A DNA stretch of 64,000 nucleotides from the human T2T-CHM13v2.0 reference genome, Homo sapiens, in the NCBI RefSeq assembly GCF_009914755.1, contig NC_060938.1; one strand, given 5' to 3'. Under the pieces are notes generated by a model. It ran no database searches, was not told the DNA's origin, and saw only the letters and a program-made list of their open reading frames with translations. The position numbers and the translations under genes were made by a program. Positions within the stretch are counted from its first letter, which is position 1, and the number at the start of each line of letters is the position of its first letter. This document shows, one piece after another, positions 1-12,899 of this stretch.

Positions 1-1083
1 TTAAATGACTTCTTATTATCATAAAACTAGCAAATGGCAGTATTAAAGTTTGAGCTATTGCCTTTGGAATACCTTTATTCATTTATTTGCTTATACAAAA
101 AAACCCTATCTATGATCTAGTATCAGCAATTCTTCTAGATCTTGAAGCTTGAATTCAAGCAGGAAGGGAGAGAAAAACAGTAAAAATGAATGATAAGATG
201 TACAGCAAATATATAGTACTTCAGAAGGTGGTATGTGCAATAAAGGTGACAGGGACTATAGGAAGTAGGAAAGAAATATTTTGATATCAGAGGTTTTAAA
301 CAAGGCTAGCTGCTGAACAAGAATGAAGACAAACAAGGCTGATATGTATAAAGAAGGTAGAGTATGGCAAACTAATTTCTATCATTAAAGGCCTCCCATC
401 ATTCATACATATTTTTTAGTAATTAAAACATACTCAATGTAACCTCTTTCATACTACAGATAAAAAGTATTGCAATTTTAATTTCGAATGTCAGAAATAA
501 ATTTACAGTAAATGCAATGGTCATTAGAATGCATCTCTGTGATAATACATAGTTGTATTCTTTTTTCCTAGAAATAATAACTAATAGACAACCTTTTAAA
601 AATAATTTTGTGCTCATGCTCTGAAACTTTTTTCTGCCATAACCTTGTCTAGTTGATAAATGTTAACATAAAATAAACATCTATATTATTCAAAAACAAG
701 AATTGCATATTATGATTTCAAAAGTAGTTAATTATTAGCAGAAGGAGAGGAGAGAAATGGTAGGCAGCACTTAAATATCTTTTAAAACATAAGTTAGGTG
801 TAAAAGGAAGCATATGAATTTAAATTTTAGAAGTTTCCTCTTGGTTTTAGCAGCTCCAAAACGCTATCAGATCTAAACTTATTGGAAAAATAAATAAATA
901 AATAATAATTTCAATGTTGCATTTGTGATAAATCAACCATTACGGGTTTTGCTAAGTATCTTGCCTGTGCTAGCTATAAAACTACCACAAATTTATAATA
1001 TCACTATATTTAATAATATAATTAGTTTAAGCTAGAATGTTTTCCAGAAAGGCAAATAATTATTTTAGCATTAATAATGGACA

Positions 1084-1086
<3 letters not shown>

Positions 1087-1138
<52 letters not shown>
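1087..1138. repeat. (TA)26 uninterrupted microsatellite
   Basis: Pure TA run read directly from the sequence. Confidence 0.97.
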
Positions 1139-1141
<3 letters not shown>

Positions 1142-2314
1142 CTCTTTCCCTAGAAACATCATCTCAAATTTCTTACAATAGATTACAAGAAAATAAAAGC
1201 AAATGGATTTCAGAAAAATATAGATTCCTCCAGAGCCGATTCTGGAGATGATCATTTTTTTTCTCAAATAAATGAAAGTTTCACCACTCCACTATGAGAT
1301 TCATTATTTTCATTGAAGTCTGTTGAGAATAAAAGAGAAAAATACTCATATAATCCACAGAATTATTAATAGTAATACCTTCTTACATATCCTTCTAAGA
1401 TGAATTAGGTTTATTTTTCACATAAATACATAGTGGCTCTTACTTCTCCCCTTGTAACTAAAGTTCATTGTCATCTCATTTCTCTTAGCAATTCAGTGGA
1501 CATTACTTGAGGTTAAAATCATGTCAGTTAATCAGGATCTTCAGCTCGTTACAGAGAATGGAAGTTTGCTGCTTGCCAGAACACCTGCGCTCCTCAAACA
1601 GCCCTGGTACCTAATTGTTTCCAGGTGCAGCACATGCTCATTTTGGGCTAATTCAGAATTGTGAATTTCTGCTTCCAGAGAACGCAGTTTGAAAGTTAGA
1701 GTTAACTAATTAAAGAGAATTAACCCTCAGTTAGAAGAGTTGTATGTGCCGCTAGTCCTTAAGATGGAAATTTACAGAATATTAGTTGATGTTCAATTCA
1801 GAAACAGATTTTTCTTGTTGAGCCAACAGAAGCTATTCTTACAAACCTAGGAGACACATTTACATCTGTTAGGGATTACTTTGTGTGGTTCACTCTATAA
1901 ATATTAAGGACCCTTTATGTGTCAGGCACTTGAAATACAGCAGTGAGCAAAACAAAGATCCTTCATAAAGCTTATATTATAGAGGGAGACATAACTTTTC
2001 TTTCTTTTTCCCTTCATAGTTTGGTACTTCCTTAAGCAGAGAAAACATATTGGTAGGTTCTAGTATCCATAAAATAATTACACCTAACTTTATTCCAATA
2101 CTAGATTTTAACTTCTAGCATCCATGAAATAATCACACTTAGACTTATTCCACCCAAATTAGTAGATACTCAGTTTGGTTCTGCTCTGAACTTTAACATA
2201 CCTCCAGTTCAGGATACCACAGAATAATCAACTCTATTTTAGAACTTGGTCACTCACATTTCTAATTTCTTTTTATCAGAAATAATACTCGTACTCTATA
2301 TTAATAGCCATCAA

Positions 2315-2395
2315 ACACACACACACACACACACACAAAGACAGACAGACACACACACACACACACACACACATACACACAAACATACACATACA
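2315..2395. repeat. Compound (CA)n/(CAGA)n microsatellite
   Basis: Two CA runs separated by AAAGACAGACAG. Confidence 0.95.
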
Positions 2396-3234
2396 TATTT
2401 CCCAGTTAGGATATTTGAAGGATAATGGAGTATTATCACCTACGCTAGCCCTCTCCCTTTGGACTTCACTTTCTTCTGGAACATGGTAGCCAAATTATAT
2501 TTCAAAGGGTTAAGATTTATACCTTCTCCAAAGAAGAAGGTGTGGTTTCCGGTTTCTACATCAAACAACACATTTTCTACAGAACCTTTGGAGAAATATT
2601 GAGTTCAGTTTCCTCTGTTTCAGTTTTTGCCCTGCCAGATGGTATTGCTGGGATCATATCCTCTGATGTTTGGTAAAACAAAGAAAAGGAAGTATCATAG
2701 TCCTAGGAAGTCATGAAGTCCATGTGATCACCATTCATGAGCAGGATTGCTGATCAAAGATTTTGGCTTTTTTGTTCATCATTCACTTTTATTCCTTGCT
2801 AGGTTAATTTGTGCTGTCTAGCTTGTTTATACCTATAAAAGGGTCAGAAATCTAAAAGTAAATTTGTCCCTGACAAAGCCAGAAACATATATCCTGGGAT
2901 GATAGTACAGGCAAATTAAATCTTTTTGTAAGGCTAAAAATAACTTGATCACAAATTACATTAGTTTGAATTCATGATTATCTGAAAAACTCTCTTAAAT
3001 ATTCCCAAACAATAATAATCATTATACTTTATTAGTATTATTATTTTAAGTGAACTTTGCAATCTAACTAAGTTTAAGAGTTACTTTCTAAAGGATATGG
3101 AGCTCTTTTTGTCATGATTAGTTTCTGGGGGTTTTAAAATGTATTTTTCTTTCCATTGTATCTTTTTTTGTTTTTAGTATTCACTGCATTTTCAATTCTG
3201 AAATAAGATCATGTTTAACTTATTAGACTAATGA

Positions 3235-3614
3235 TTTATTAGAGTCCATTTTCACACTCTTATAAAGAAATACCTAAGACTGGGTAATTTATAAAGGAAA
3301 GAGGTTTAATTGACTGACAGTTCAGTATGGCTGGGGAGGCCTAAGGAAACTTATAATCATGGTGGAAAGGCAAAGGGGAAGGAAACTTGGACCTTCTCAC
3401 ATGGTGGCAAGAGAGAGAGGAAAGTGAGCAAGAGACAATTGCCAAACACTTATAAAACCATCAGATCTCATGAGAACTCACTCTCTATCACGAGAACAGC
3501 ATCGGGGGAACCACCCCCATGATCCAATCACCTCCCACCAGGTCTCTCCCTCTACACCTGGATATTACAATTCAATATGAGATTTGTGTGGGGACACAAA
3601 ACCGAAGCATAATA
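3235..3614 (-). mobile_element. MaLR solo LTR, THE1D/MSTA-like
   Basis: Contains GACTGGGTAATTTATAAAGGAAAGAGGTTTAATTGAC, AAACCATCAGATCTCATGAGAACTCAC and GATCCAATCACCTCCCACCAGG; ends GGGGACACA..., the reverse complement of the THE1/MST 5' end. Confidence 0.9.
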
Positions 3615-3789
3615 CTTGTCCAAGTCATGTATAGCTCTTCCTCTGACTCTTTTTATAGTATGTCATTTCTATTCATCAGTGCACTCTAAATTGTGTTTCA
3701 CAGAATACCAGTGGTTTGTGCAATATTCACTGCTAATATTCTAATAAGAAAATAATGCTTTTCCAGAAATTATGCCCATTTTGTGATAG

Positions 3790-3792
<3 letters not shown>

Positions 3793-3828
<36 letters not shown>
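3793..3828. repeat. (TG)18 microsatellite next to an Alu tail
   Basis: Read directly from the sequence. Confidence 0.95.
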
Positions 3829-3832
<4 letters not shown>

Positions 3833-3833
3833 C

Positions 3834-4130
3834 TTTTTTTTTTTTTTCTGAGATGGAGTCTCACTTTGTCACTCAGGTTGGAGAGCAGTGGTGCAATCTC
3901 TTCTCGGTGCAAACTGAGCCTCCTGGGTTCAAGTGATTGTCCTGTCTTAGCCTCCCAAGTAGCTGGAATTATAGGCATGCGCCATCACAGCTGGCTAATT
4001 TTTCTATTTTTAGTAGAGACGGGTTTCACCATGTTGGCCAGGCTGGTCTCGAACTCCTGACCTCAAGTGACCCTCCTGCCTCCCCTTCCCAAAGTGCTGG
4101 GATTACAGGTGTGAGCCGCCATGCCTGGCC
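3834..4130 (-). mobile_element. AluS (Sx-like), full length
   Basis: Poly-T, then GAGATGGAGTCTCAC...CCTGACCTCAAGTGA...GTGAGCCGCCATGCCTGGCC. Confidence 0.95.
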
Positions 4131-5548
4131 TAATAAATACATTTATTACCCAACTAACTAGGTCATTGAAAAGACAATGAGTAACACAAACACTGTTGAT
4201 TGTCTATTCAATATCTGTCCTTTCTTCTATGCTACCGATTCACTGAGTTTTTCCCAAATGTCTACTATCTTCTGTTTGTCAACACATTTCAGAATAAGCT
4301 TATCCCAAATTGTTCTAATGCAATTATGGTGGTCCCAGTTCCACTGCTTAATCATCATGATAAGAGCAAATTCTGGCAATGATTGATAGTGAGCAGTGTC
4401 ATTAAGACACAGGAAAAGATAATCTTTTTCTGCCTTTAAACTTTGACATATCTGAGTATTGTTTTTAAAGTTGTGGCTATTCTCAGGTTTATAAATTTGA
4501 TACATGAATGTAGGTTACTCTTTCAAGTATTGCTAGTTCCAAAGGAGAACACAAAAGTTATGTGAAAGCTTTCAAGAATAAGGGAAGAAGATGGAAGAAA
4601 AATTGGATATACGGATGAAAAAGATTCAGTAGAAAATAAAATTAATGGTACAGAAAAAGGTAGGAGAGGATTGCTGGAATTATATGCTTGAATAGGCAGG
4701 AAGGTCTAAGAACTAGGGAATAAGTATAGAGAAGGCTTTAGATGGGAGTTCAGATAATCCACCTATGGCATCAGGCAGTAAGAAAAAGTGTGTGGATACA
4801 GAAGAAGGTAGACGAAAACATACAGTGGAGGAGTCTGGAAAGCTTTCTTTTAATCATTTCAGTTACTTAAGGGTTCTTTTATTTCTGTAATTTGTTCAAG
4901 GTCCCATCACCAATAAAGAGAATAAACAAATTTAAACTTGAGTTTATTCATATGCCTTTCCTGTAAGCATCAAGCATCTGAGAATTAGGCAGATGTTGCA
5001 GACAATGTTGCTGAGGCAAGATCAAAAATATCACCTTTCTTAACAGAATCTCATTTATTTTGTAGTGGAAATGTGAACAAATCCAGACATTGAAACATAA
5101 GACAATTAGAGCAATTCTTGTTCTCATTTTCTCAGCATCACTCCAAGATATAGATAGTCCAATTCTGAACAACAAAGAATAAGTTTGTTACAACTGTTTC
5201 TGAAAAAGTATTTCCTTTCTCAATTAAAAGAAACACTATGTGTCTAGCACTGTCCCATCTTATTTTCTCTCCTTATATCTGCTTTGAGCCATCATGGTTG
5301 CTCGCCTGGGCAACAGAAACAATCTTGCCATCATTACAAACAAACAGACAAAGAAACAAACAAAAGCTTGTTCTTCAAGGTTGGTCTGAAAAGATGGAGT
5401 TCAGATCATTAGTGACTTCATAGGATAGTTAAACTGTGTCAAAATTGATCAACTTACTGTTATTTAGGTATTTGCTTGCCTGTTATGGTTCTAAATATGA
5501 CTTGAATTCCATAATTCCTTAACATTCTGGAAAAAATTAAAACAACAC

Positions 5549-6042
5549 TGCTCTAGTTTGAATATCCCCTTCAAAACTCAGGTTGAAATTTCATCTTCAG
5601 TGTGACAGTATTGAGAGGTGGGGCCTTTAAGAAGTGATTAGATCATGAGGACTCTGCCCCATAAATGGATTAATGGGAAGTTATCATGGAAGGGGAACTG
5701 GTGACTTTATAAGAAGAGGGAGAAAGACTTGAGGAAGCACATAAGCATGCTCAGGCCCCTCACCATGTGATACCCTGCACTGCCTCAGGACTCTGTGGAG
5801 AATCCCCACCAGCAAGAAGGTTTTCACTAGACCTTGGGGTTCTCAGCCTTCAGAACTTTAAGAAATATATCTATATATATCTATATCTCTCTCTATATAT
5901 GAATGTATATATGTTTCAATATATATAAAATACATAAAAATATATATTTTCTATATATAATTCAATAACATATAAATTAAATATATATTTAAATTATCAT
6001 TTCAGATATTCTGTTATAAGCATCAGAAAATGGACTAATACA
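5549..6042 (+). mobile_element. MaLR solo LTR, MSTD-like, with an internal TA-rich expansion (about 5865-5990)
   Basis: TG...CA termini; GAGAGGTGGGGCCTTTAAGAAGTGATT and CCCCACCAGCAAGAAGG; degenerate 5-bp TSD AACAC (5544-5548) / AACCC (6043-6047). Confidence 0.85.
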
Positions 6043-7054
6043 AACCCACAACTGTCAGTTGTGACTGAATTTTCAAAATGCGGATATTAATTATGAAACT
6101 ATTCATCTCATGATTCTGCTGTGTTCTAAGAAATGCAAAATTAGTTGTAAATTTTTAATCAAGACAGAAAATAAATCCTACCACTAAATGTTTAAGTAAT
6201 GCTTGGCCCCTGGTCATTTAGAAATGTTATTCCCTTTGACGTACTGCTGAGGCAGTATATTTTAAATATCTTAAAATTTCTTTTATATTTGCTTGAATTA
6301 GGAGATATTAGACATCAAATTAAAATTAAAAGTTTGAATATCAAGATGGTGTCAAAATGAAACCCATTTTATTATATGAAAAATTTCCCTTAATACTACT
6401 ATGCAGAATTACATAAGTCAATTAGCATGTCAGAAAACATTTCCAAAGTTGTTTTAAATGTTTTGACTTGTCATTTATGTTATTTTATTTATTTTAATTC
6501 CAGTTTATTGAAGTATTATTGACCAATAAAAAGTGTTGATATTTGGTGTATAATTGACAAATAAAAAATACATATGCAGTGTACAACGTGATGCTTTGAT
6601 ATACACATCTCTTGTAAAATGATTATTGAAATAAAGCTAATTAATATATTTATCACCACACACAGCTACCATTTTTTGCTTGTTTGTTTTTGTAATGAGA
6701 ACATTTAGGATCTATTCTCTTAGCAAATTTTAAGTACACCATACACTATTATTAATTTTATTTCAACATACTGTATATTAGAGTTCCAGAATTTATTCAT
6801 CATGAATAACTGAAACTTTTTAACCTTTGACCAAAATCTCCCAATTCCCCCACTCCCAGCCCCAGACAACCATCATTCTGTTCTCTGCTTCTATGATGTC
6901 AGCCTTTACCTTACCACATATAACTGATATCATGCAGTATTTTTTTGGGGGGGTGCTGGCTTATTTCAGGTAGCATAATATCTACCAAGTTCACCCATGC
7001 TGTCACAAATGACAGGGTCCTCTTCCTCTTCCTCTTCTTCTTCTCTTTCTCCTT

Positions 7055-7391
<337 letters not shown>

Positions 7392-8010
7392 TAATATTCC
7401 ATTGCATGTTCATTATTCATTCATCTGTCAGTGAACACTTAGATTGATACTATATCTTGAACATTGTGAATAATGCTGCAATAAACATAGGAATACAGGT
7501 ATCTTTCAAGAAATTGATTTCAGTTTCTTTGGATATATACCTAAATATGGGTTTGCTTGATTATATGAAAGTACTATTTTTCATCTTTTGAGGAGCCTCC
7601 ATAATGTTTTCCAGAATATTTGAACTAATTTAAATTTCCAACAGCAGTGTACAAGCACTCATTATCTTTTGTCTTTTTGGTAATAGTCATTCTAACAGGT
7701 GTAAGGTAATAGCATAATGGCTTTGATTTGCATTTCTCTGATTATTAGTGATGTTGAGAACCTTTTCATATATATGTTGGCCATTTTTATGTTTTCTTGT
7801 GAGAAATGTTCATTGAGGTCATTTGCCCATTTCATAACTGTGCTGTGCTATTAGTTTTCTCGTTACTGGGTTTTTTAAGTTCTCTCTCTATATTAACCCC
7901 CTGGAAGAAGTATGGTTTCCAAATATTTTGTCACATTCCTATGTTGTCTCTTTACTCATTTGATTTTTTGTTTGTTTTTGGCTGTGCAGTTCTTGTTGTT
8001 TTTTTTTATC

Positions 8011-8085
8011 TTGGTGCAAAAGAAATTGTGTTTTTTGCTATTACTTTCAATGGTAAAAACTGCCCTTACTTTTGCACCAACTGAA
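8011..8085. mobile_element. MADE1 (Hsmar1-derived MITE)
   Basis: TTGGTGCAAAAG...TTACTTTCAATGG...CTTTTGCACCAA; terminal inverted repeats match the MADE1 consensus; nested in the L1. Confidence 0.9.
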
Positions 8086-8640
8086 TAGTTTGTCACAATG
8101 CAATTTGTCTGTTTTTTTATTTGTTGCCAGTCTTTCAGGGTCATACCAAAAAAATAATTGCCCAGACTAACATAATGCATTCTCCCCCTATGTTTTCTGC
8201 TAGGTATTTTAATGTTTCATGTACTATGTTTAAGTATTTAATCAATTTGAAGCTTCTTTGTGCATGTGGTGTGAGAAAAGGGACAATTTTCTTCTTCTCT
8301 ATGTGGATATTCAGTTTCTCCAACACCTTTTACTGAAGAGACTATCCTTTCTTCATTGTCTGTTCTTGGAAGGGAAGCTTTGGCAAATATCAATTTATCA
8401 TAAATAGGTTAATTTATTTATGGGCTCTATATTTTGTTCCCTTGATCTATATGTCTGTGTTTATGCCAGTCCCATGCTGTTTGATCACTATAGTTTGTAC
8501 TGTATTTTGAAATAAGTAAGGTAGAGTTTAGTGAAATAATCTGTCTACCTCCTGTTTTATTCTGCTTGCTCAAGCTTGTTTTGGTTTTTTGGATGTTTTG
8601 TGCTTCCATATACATTTTAGGATTTTTTAATGACACTGGA

Positions 8641-8950
8641 GCTGGGCGAGGTGGCTCATGCATGTAATCACAACACTTTTGGAGGCCAAGGTGAAAGTAT
8701 CACTTGAAACCAGGGGTTCGAGATCAGCCTGGGAAACAAAGCAAGACTCCATCTCTAAAACAAATTTTAAGAAATAATATTAGCTAGCCATAGTGGCACA
8801 TGCCTGTAGTCCTAACTACCCAGGAGGCTGAGGGACAGAATTGCTTGAGTCCAGGACTTTGAGGTTGCACTGAGCTATGATTGCGCCATAGCACTCCAGC
8901 CTGGGCAATAGAGTGAGACCCTGTTTCTAAAAGTGAAAACATAAAATAAA
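8641..8950 (+). mobile_element. AluJ
   Basis: GGTGGCTCATGCATGTAATC...TTGCTTGAGTCCAGGACTTTGAGGTTGCACTGAGCTATGATTGCGCC (J-type diagnostics); A-rich tail. Confidence 0.9.
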
Positions 8951-9055
8951 TAGAAATGCCATGGGAATTTTGATAGGAATTGTATTGAATCTGTAGATTG
9001 CTTTGGATAGTACAGACATTTTGTCAATCTTAATTCTTTCAGCAATGCACGGGTA

Positions 9056-10176
9056 TGTAGTAGCTCCAAGTCCAAGGGGACACAGTGGCTGTGAGTTCAT
9101 GTGCAGTGTTGATGGCTGGGGTCAGCAACAGGCTCTGTGGCTAATTACAGGTGGAAGCATGATGTAAACATGCAGTCACAGGACTCAGAGCCATGGATAC
9201 ATGTAAACACATACTGCTAGAGCCAACTGCAAACATGAGATTGGCAGTGGGGACCAGAAACGAGGGTCAGGGCTGGCTGCATGTGTTCACATAGATGTGG
9301 GGGTTGGACTTTGGCATGCACACATGCAGTTGCAGAAGCTAGTTGCATGAGTGTTCACATAATCATAGGGAAGGGCAGCAGCAGTCAGGCTTAGCTGCGC
9401 ACATACATACAGTTGTGAGGTAAGCCACAAGCCTACTCATGGAAGTGGGAGCCAGTGTCAGTGGTGGGGGGTTAGATCATTTGTGGGCAATTGTATGGTG
9501 CTGCAATTGATGCTAGGACCAAGGAGGTCATGACAGTGTCAGCTGGAAAGGCTACAGTGTGGTTGACAGTTGTAGCAGTGGCTCAGGCAGCTGGATTCTG
9601 TGAGGTCTTCAGTAGTGAAAGCTGCAGCAGCTCCTCAGTTACTGTAAGAGCTGTTGAAGTTCTCAGCAAAGGCTTCTGAGTTTCCTCACAGAGCAGGCCA
9701 CTAGGGACCACAATGGTTCTCATCACATGGATGATACTGATGGCTCCCTTTTTCTTTGCTCCCAGCTATATCGAGATGTGTCAGCTATGCTGTCTCTGTG
9801 ATCTGGTTAGGTTGAAACAGAAATTGATCCTTCATGTAATGCCCCCAAAGTCTAGGAAACTTGGTAGTTCACCTTAATCTTCTTTTTCTGTCCATAGGAA
9901 CTTACATGCTGGGGAGTTTCCTCTTGGTGCTGAGCAACTGGCCAATCTCATTGGCTGTCAGTGAGATTAAGCAGGCAAAAGAAAACTGTTCTCACATTTT
10001 GTGTGTGTGTGTGTGTGTGTGGTTATCCCTGGGTTTTTTGTTACACTCTGTTGCTGAACATTCTTAACTAGATTTTTGTGCTCTCCCATCATTATTTTCA
10101 TTCATAGATATCTGTGTGTTATTTTTCCTGGGTGGGTGAAGCCTGGGATCTCCTTCTCCACCACCTTGCTGACATC
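9056..10176 (-). mobile_element. Old L1M 5' UTR including the 5' terminus
   Basis: GC-richer repetitive UTR; the reverse complement starts GATGTCAGCAAGGTGGTGGAG, resembling the L1M 5' end with its YY1 box (CAAGATGGC). Confidence 0.65.
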
Positions 10177-10179
10177 TCT

Positions 10180-11345
10180 CACTGAGCATTCCACTTGATC
10201 AAGTATGATACTGAACATTGCTATAGGATTTTTCAAGGCAGTCATTGTGTTCTTCTTCAGATCCAGAGTTTCTGTTTGGTTCCTAATAGTTTCCATCTCT
10301 TCGTTGAACTAGTCATTTTTTAATGTGTTGCTTTCCCGTTGTTGTTACGTTGTTTGTGTTCACTTGTAGCTCATTGTGCTTCATTAAAACAATTACTTTG
10401 AATTTGTTAGGCACTTCGTAAATCCCCATTTCTTTGGAGTCAGTTGCCGGTGCTTTATTTTGTTCATTTGGTGGTGTTATGCTTCTCTGTCTTTTGTTTT
10501 TGTGTGTGTGTGTGTGTGTGTTTGTTTTATCTTTTGGCCTTGCATTAGTATCCACTCATTTTAAGATGTATACACAATACACACCTCTTTCTGTCTTTAC
10601 AAACTGGATTTGACAAAGAGGTCCTTCATGATTCAGCCTGGCCAGAGATTCCAGGCAGCCTGCCTGGAGAGACTGCAGGCAAAATTGCTGCTGTAGTGCT
10701 CAAGGAACGGGAGGTTGTCCTGTTCCCCATGTCACCAACAATAGGCCTGGAATCTGGATCCACTGGGGTGGGTGTACAGCATGGGACTGGGTAGGCAGGT
10801 CTGGTGACTAGTTCTGCAGAAGTGACCCTGGGATTTGTGTCTATGGGAGCAAACATGAAGCCTAGGTCCATGGGGGACAACCTGGTACTGAAACAAGCCT
10901 TGACCCTACATTATGGGGGTGAGCCTAGCACTGGGGTGGGCCTAGTACTTGAATCTGCAGAAATGGGTCTGGTTCTGAGTTTGTTGGGGCTAGCCTTGTT
11001 CCAGGGTTTATAGGTGTAGGGCTGGTGCCTGAGACTGTGGAGGTCATCCTGCAGTGTGTGTCTGGAGGTACTTACCTGGAGCTTAGATCTGGCCTGGTGC
11101 TGGGTTGTACCTGATGCCTGGTGTTGCAGGAACAGGCTTGGATTTTCGGGCCAAAGGGGCTGGCCCGCTACTGGGGTATGTCTGGAACCTGCATCTGAAG
11201 GGATTATCCTAGAGGCTTGGTTCACAGAGGTCAACCTGAAGCCTGGGGCTGGGGTTTACTGGATGGGTCTGGTGCTGGGGTCTGCAGCAAAGTCAGGTGT
11301 TCACTTTATTCTCCTTTCCCATACAGAGGGTATTTCTCTTCATGT
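10180..11345 (-). mobile_element. Old L1M fragment: 5' UTR plus ORF1 N-terminal part
   Basis: Minus-strand peptides METIRNQTETLDLKKNTMTALKN and KEMGIYEVPNKFKVIVLMKHNELQ are L1 ORF1-like; GC-rich CCTGG/CTGGGG repeat UTR. Confidence 0.8.
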
Positions 11346-11894
11346 CCTAGCATATTTTGTAGGAATTTTACCGTATCAACTTGAAAAATAATTAAAAGTT
11401 GATGTTGGCAGAGTGGAAAGAAGAGAGATCATGTGTTCTTCCTAATTTTGTTGATACATTGAACTACTTATCCCAAACTACTTATGGGTTTTGAGAAATG
11501 ATAAATGGCCTAATTGGTTAAGCCAGTTTGGGTTTCCTTTAACTTCCACTTAAAGGTCCTAACTGATTGAATAGGTAAACAACTTTGGAAAACACTAAAT
11601 TTAACATATAAATAATCTTATTTGTTTGGAAGGTTAGTTTTAGTTTGTTTCTTATTTTTTGTTCACTGCAGAACTTTACTAAGCCTTTAGTATGCTAAGG
11701 TACATATTGAATTTCCTAAGCAAAGAATAGAGTAAGCAATGATTTGCAAATTTATTTGGTTATGGAAGTTGTTATCTTAGAAGCTGTTTTTTTTCCACAG
11801 ACATTGCTTTAAAACACATACTTCATGGATTCTAGCATTCACAGAATCAACATTCTAGCCTTGTAACACAAGGAGAAAAAAAGCATCTAAGAAT

Positions 11895-12035
11895 CCAAAT
11901 ATGGGTTTAAAACTGAGCTTTCACTTGACAGCCATGTAGCTTTAGGCAGGTGACCTGACCACACTGAGTTTCCATTTCTTTATTTGCAAATTAGAAAAAA
12001 TGTACATGCCCATATGAGACCACTTTTGGAAGAAT
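11895..12035 (+). mobile_element. MIR
   Basis: GGGTTTAAAACTGAGCTTTCACTT...TTTAGGCAGGTGAC...CTGAGTTTCCATTTCTTTATTTGCAAA core. Confidence 0.65.
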
Positions 12036-12144
12036 TCAGATATCGAACTTTATTGATTATCTGGAACCCACTGACTACATAATCAGTGATGGTATTCACA
12101 ATGGTTGCTTTATTAGGACTGCCAGCAATGATAATCATTCAAGT

Positions 12145-12536
<392 letters not shown>

Positions 12537-12899
12537 TGACCCCCGCCACCTTTGATAATTACTTTGTTCATGTAGTATATTGTAAATCTGAAATTTATTG
12601 GACCTATGAGAAGATAGGAACGAACAGTGAAAAAATTTGAGAAGTTAATTTTTGCTAAATTACCCATGTGTTGCATGAGAAAATCCTTGGAGTTTTAGAA
12701 TTATCGGGGCCATTTGAATTGTCAGGTTATAGTTATTTCTCTAGAATTTGGTGCAGAAGGTATTTTTTTCTTATCCCCAAAAATGAAGAGGTACAGTTGA
12801 TTTACTGTTTCATTTGTGGAAGACTAGGACATTCTCACAAGATTCTACTTAACTTTCCTTCACTACAGTAACTCTTATATCACAGCCCAAGAACCCAGT

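Noticed and set aside
3733-4161. Alu- and microsatellite-derived ORFs (also 6911-7169, 12207-12539, 35058-35371, 45215-45451)
   Set aside because: Typical spurious translations of Alu or simple repeats.
8011-8085. MADE1 as a miR-548-family gene
   Set aside because: Only the outer 12 bp pair perfectly and the inner arms have many mismatches, so the sequence alone does not support a miRNA.
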